From positions 190,464,001 to 190,528,000 of the forward strand of contig OZ038378.1 of assembly GCA_964036045.1 (NCBI GenBank): a DNA stretch of 64,000 nt, written 5' to 3'. Under the pieces are notes generated by a model, which searched no databases, was not told where the DNA came from, and saw nothing but the letters and a program-made list of their open reading frames with translations. Each line of letters begins with the position of its first letter. Position 1 is the first letter of the stretch. Source of the DNA: Eutreptiella sp. 'Long Island Sound 2002' (taxonomy: Eukaryota; Protista; Euglenida). The position numbers were made by a program, and so were the translations under genes. Below, in pieces: positions 62,401-64,000 of this stretch.

Positions 62401-64000
62401 GCCCAGGCCGTGGCTTCGCACTGGATGAGCAGCTGCACAGGGTCTGGTCCTGGTGTGGGGGTGGGCGAACAAGCCCTCAAGCCCTCCAGTGCACCATCTC
62501 AGGGTACTTCATGTGTCACGGTGAAAGGCGCCCATGGCATTGTCACTGAAGAGCTTTTTGTTCTGACTGTTGTTGCTTGGCAGCCTGTGCCTTGAGAGGT
62601 AAGGGTTAGCATCCACACGTCTGTGTCCCTCAGCGGGGGGCCAGGCACCGGTAAGTTGGGGCGCCGGGCTGCTGATCCGTACCATTTTCCTTCCGGAATG
62701 TCCTGTCCTCCTTTGCACGCACGCATACACAACCCCTGAGAATGTGCAGTTGCACTGGCCTGCCCGTGCTCTTGACCCCCAGGGCCAGAGCTCCCCCCCC
62801 CGCTTCATTGTCTGCACGACCCCGATAGGAATCAGTTCTGTATGGCCGAATGAGTGCCCTGAGCCCCCTCAAGCGGAGCTGTCTCCACCAGTGTGGTTGC
62901 ATGCATGCAGTGAGTATCTGGCAGATGCTGCGCCCATTATCTTCATGACATTCAACAGTCTACATTGCCCCCGGGCTGCATGCAGAATGTACCATACCAA
63001 CACCAATGCGCTGTACATACCCGAATCACACCAATACTGTTGCAGTGGAAATGATGATTGTGCCCCATTGGCTGTCTGCCACCCTGGTCCCCGTCGCCCT
63101 CCCCCCCCCTCCCCCGCAAAGTGACTCGTTCACATGTTGTGGCAAAGCCAACTCCAGAAGGGCGCTCTGCGCGCAACCAGCCCTCCTCACCTCCATGAGT
63201 CCATTGCGGCCGGGCGCAGGGTATGTTTGGCGGATCATTTCAAGGAAGGCAATGGCCTACTCAGGTCTGAGACCCCAATGTAAACGAGTTGCATGACAGC
63301 GAAGGGCTAAGGACTGACAGAAAACAAGGATTGTCCACCGGCCCACTGGCTCTTCCATTGCTCGGGGCACAGCACGACTCAACGTGGCGGTGCCGCTGCG
63401 TACCTTTGATCTGCGTTATATAACAAGGTGCTCCGCATCAGACAACACGGTACAGCACAAGGCATGTGTCGGGCACAGCGCTGTGCAACGGGATGCAGCA
63501 CCACCGCATGTGCCCTCATTATAGCCCCCCCCCACCCCCACCCCTTGTCAGCGATTATGGGGCGCTGCATTGCCTCTGTGATGCTTGCGCCCCCTCCCTC
63601 TCGATGTATGAGGAAAATAAACCCGCGACTTGGGAAGGCTTGCTTCCCTGCATGCTTGTAGAGAATCCCCATCACCGCAGGGGCTTGTGGCCCCCCTCCC
63701 CTGCCCTGTCAGTAGTTCGTCCCTTTGCACACGGGGGATGAGCGGGGGGTCATCGCGCTGCTGATGGGGCTGCTCAAGGGGAGGGGCAGGCTGCGACCTC
63801 ATTGCGTGCAAACCGCAACAGCCGAAGCTGTCGAGATCGAAGGACCGCCCGCAGCAACGCACTATCGAGTGTTGTGTGACGGCGTGCCGTGCAAAGTCCT
63901 ACTCAATGATAAGAGCCGGTCCCTACAGACCAGCATGTCAGATCATCACGGCCCATAGCTTTGCCATGACTCCGCTCCCCTCAAGTACCCCGTGAACTTG

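Noticed and set aside
60600-63950. Candidate small exons of a minus-strand gene (e.g. QSFWVFGEGIVKQ ~61498-61536; LDSALLRAVLRSRQLRLLRFARNE ~63798-63870)
   Set aside because: Splice signals are plausible but no coherent, recognisable protein could be assembled.

Overview
Eukaryotic nuclear DNA, most likely from a photosynthetic euglenid. This is inferred from AG|GT(G/C) donors, a bipartite two-TM plastid presequence and very large transposon-filled introns. Two spliced host genes lie on the + strand. The first is a 9-exon GT2 glycosyltransferase of the B3GNTL1/QTGAL family (5686-27111, first exon uncertain). The second is a 4-exon, plastid-targeted PP2C phosphatase of the PTC7/PBCP type (32153-58512). 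The most notable object is an apparently intact ~8.5 kb non-LTR retrotransposon, antisense in intron 3 of the phosphatase. It has three overlapping ORFs. ORF1 looks like coiled coil + RRM-like + RS domain. ORF2 has an AlkB/2OG-oxygenase-like N-terminal module ahead of APE-RT-RNase H-CCHC and a long unknown C-terminus. The element has a hairpin-rich 3' UTR, a (TCC)10 tail and a cluster of three degenerate tRNAs at its 5' side. The introns also hold two 5'-truncated LINE relics bounded by (CA)n, several MITEs, microsatellite-embedded elements, minisatellites, decayed transposase relics and one 200-N gap. All domain calls are by eye from motifs; no database search was run.
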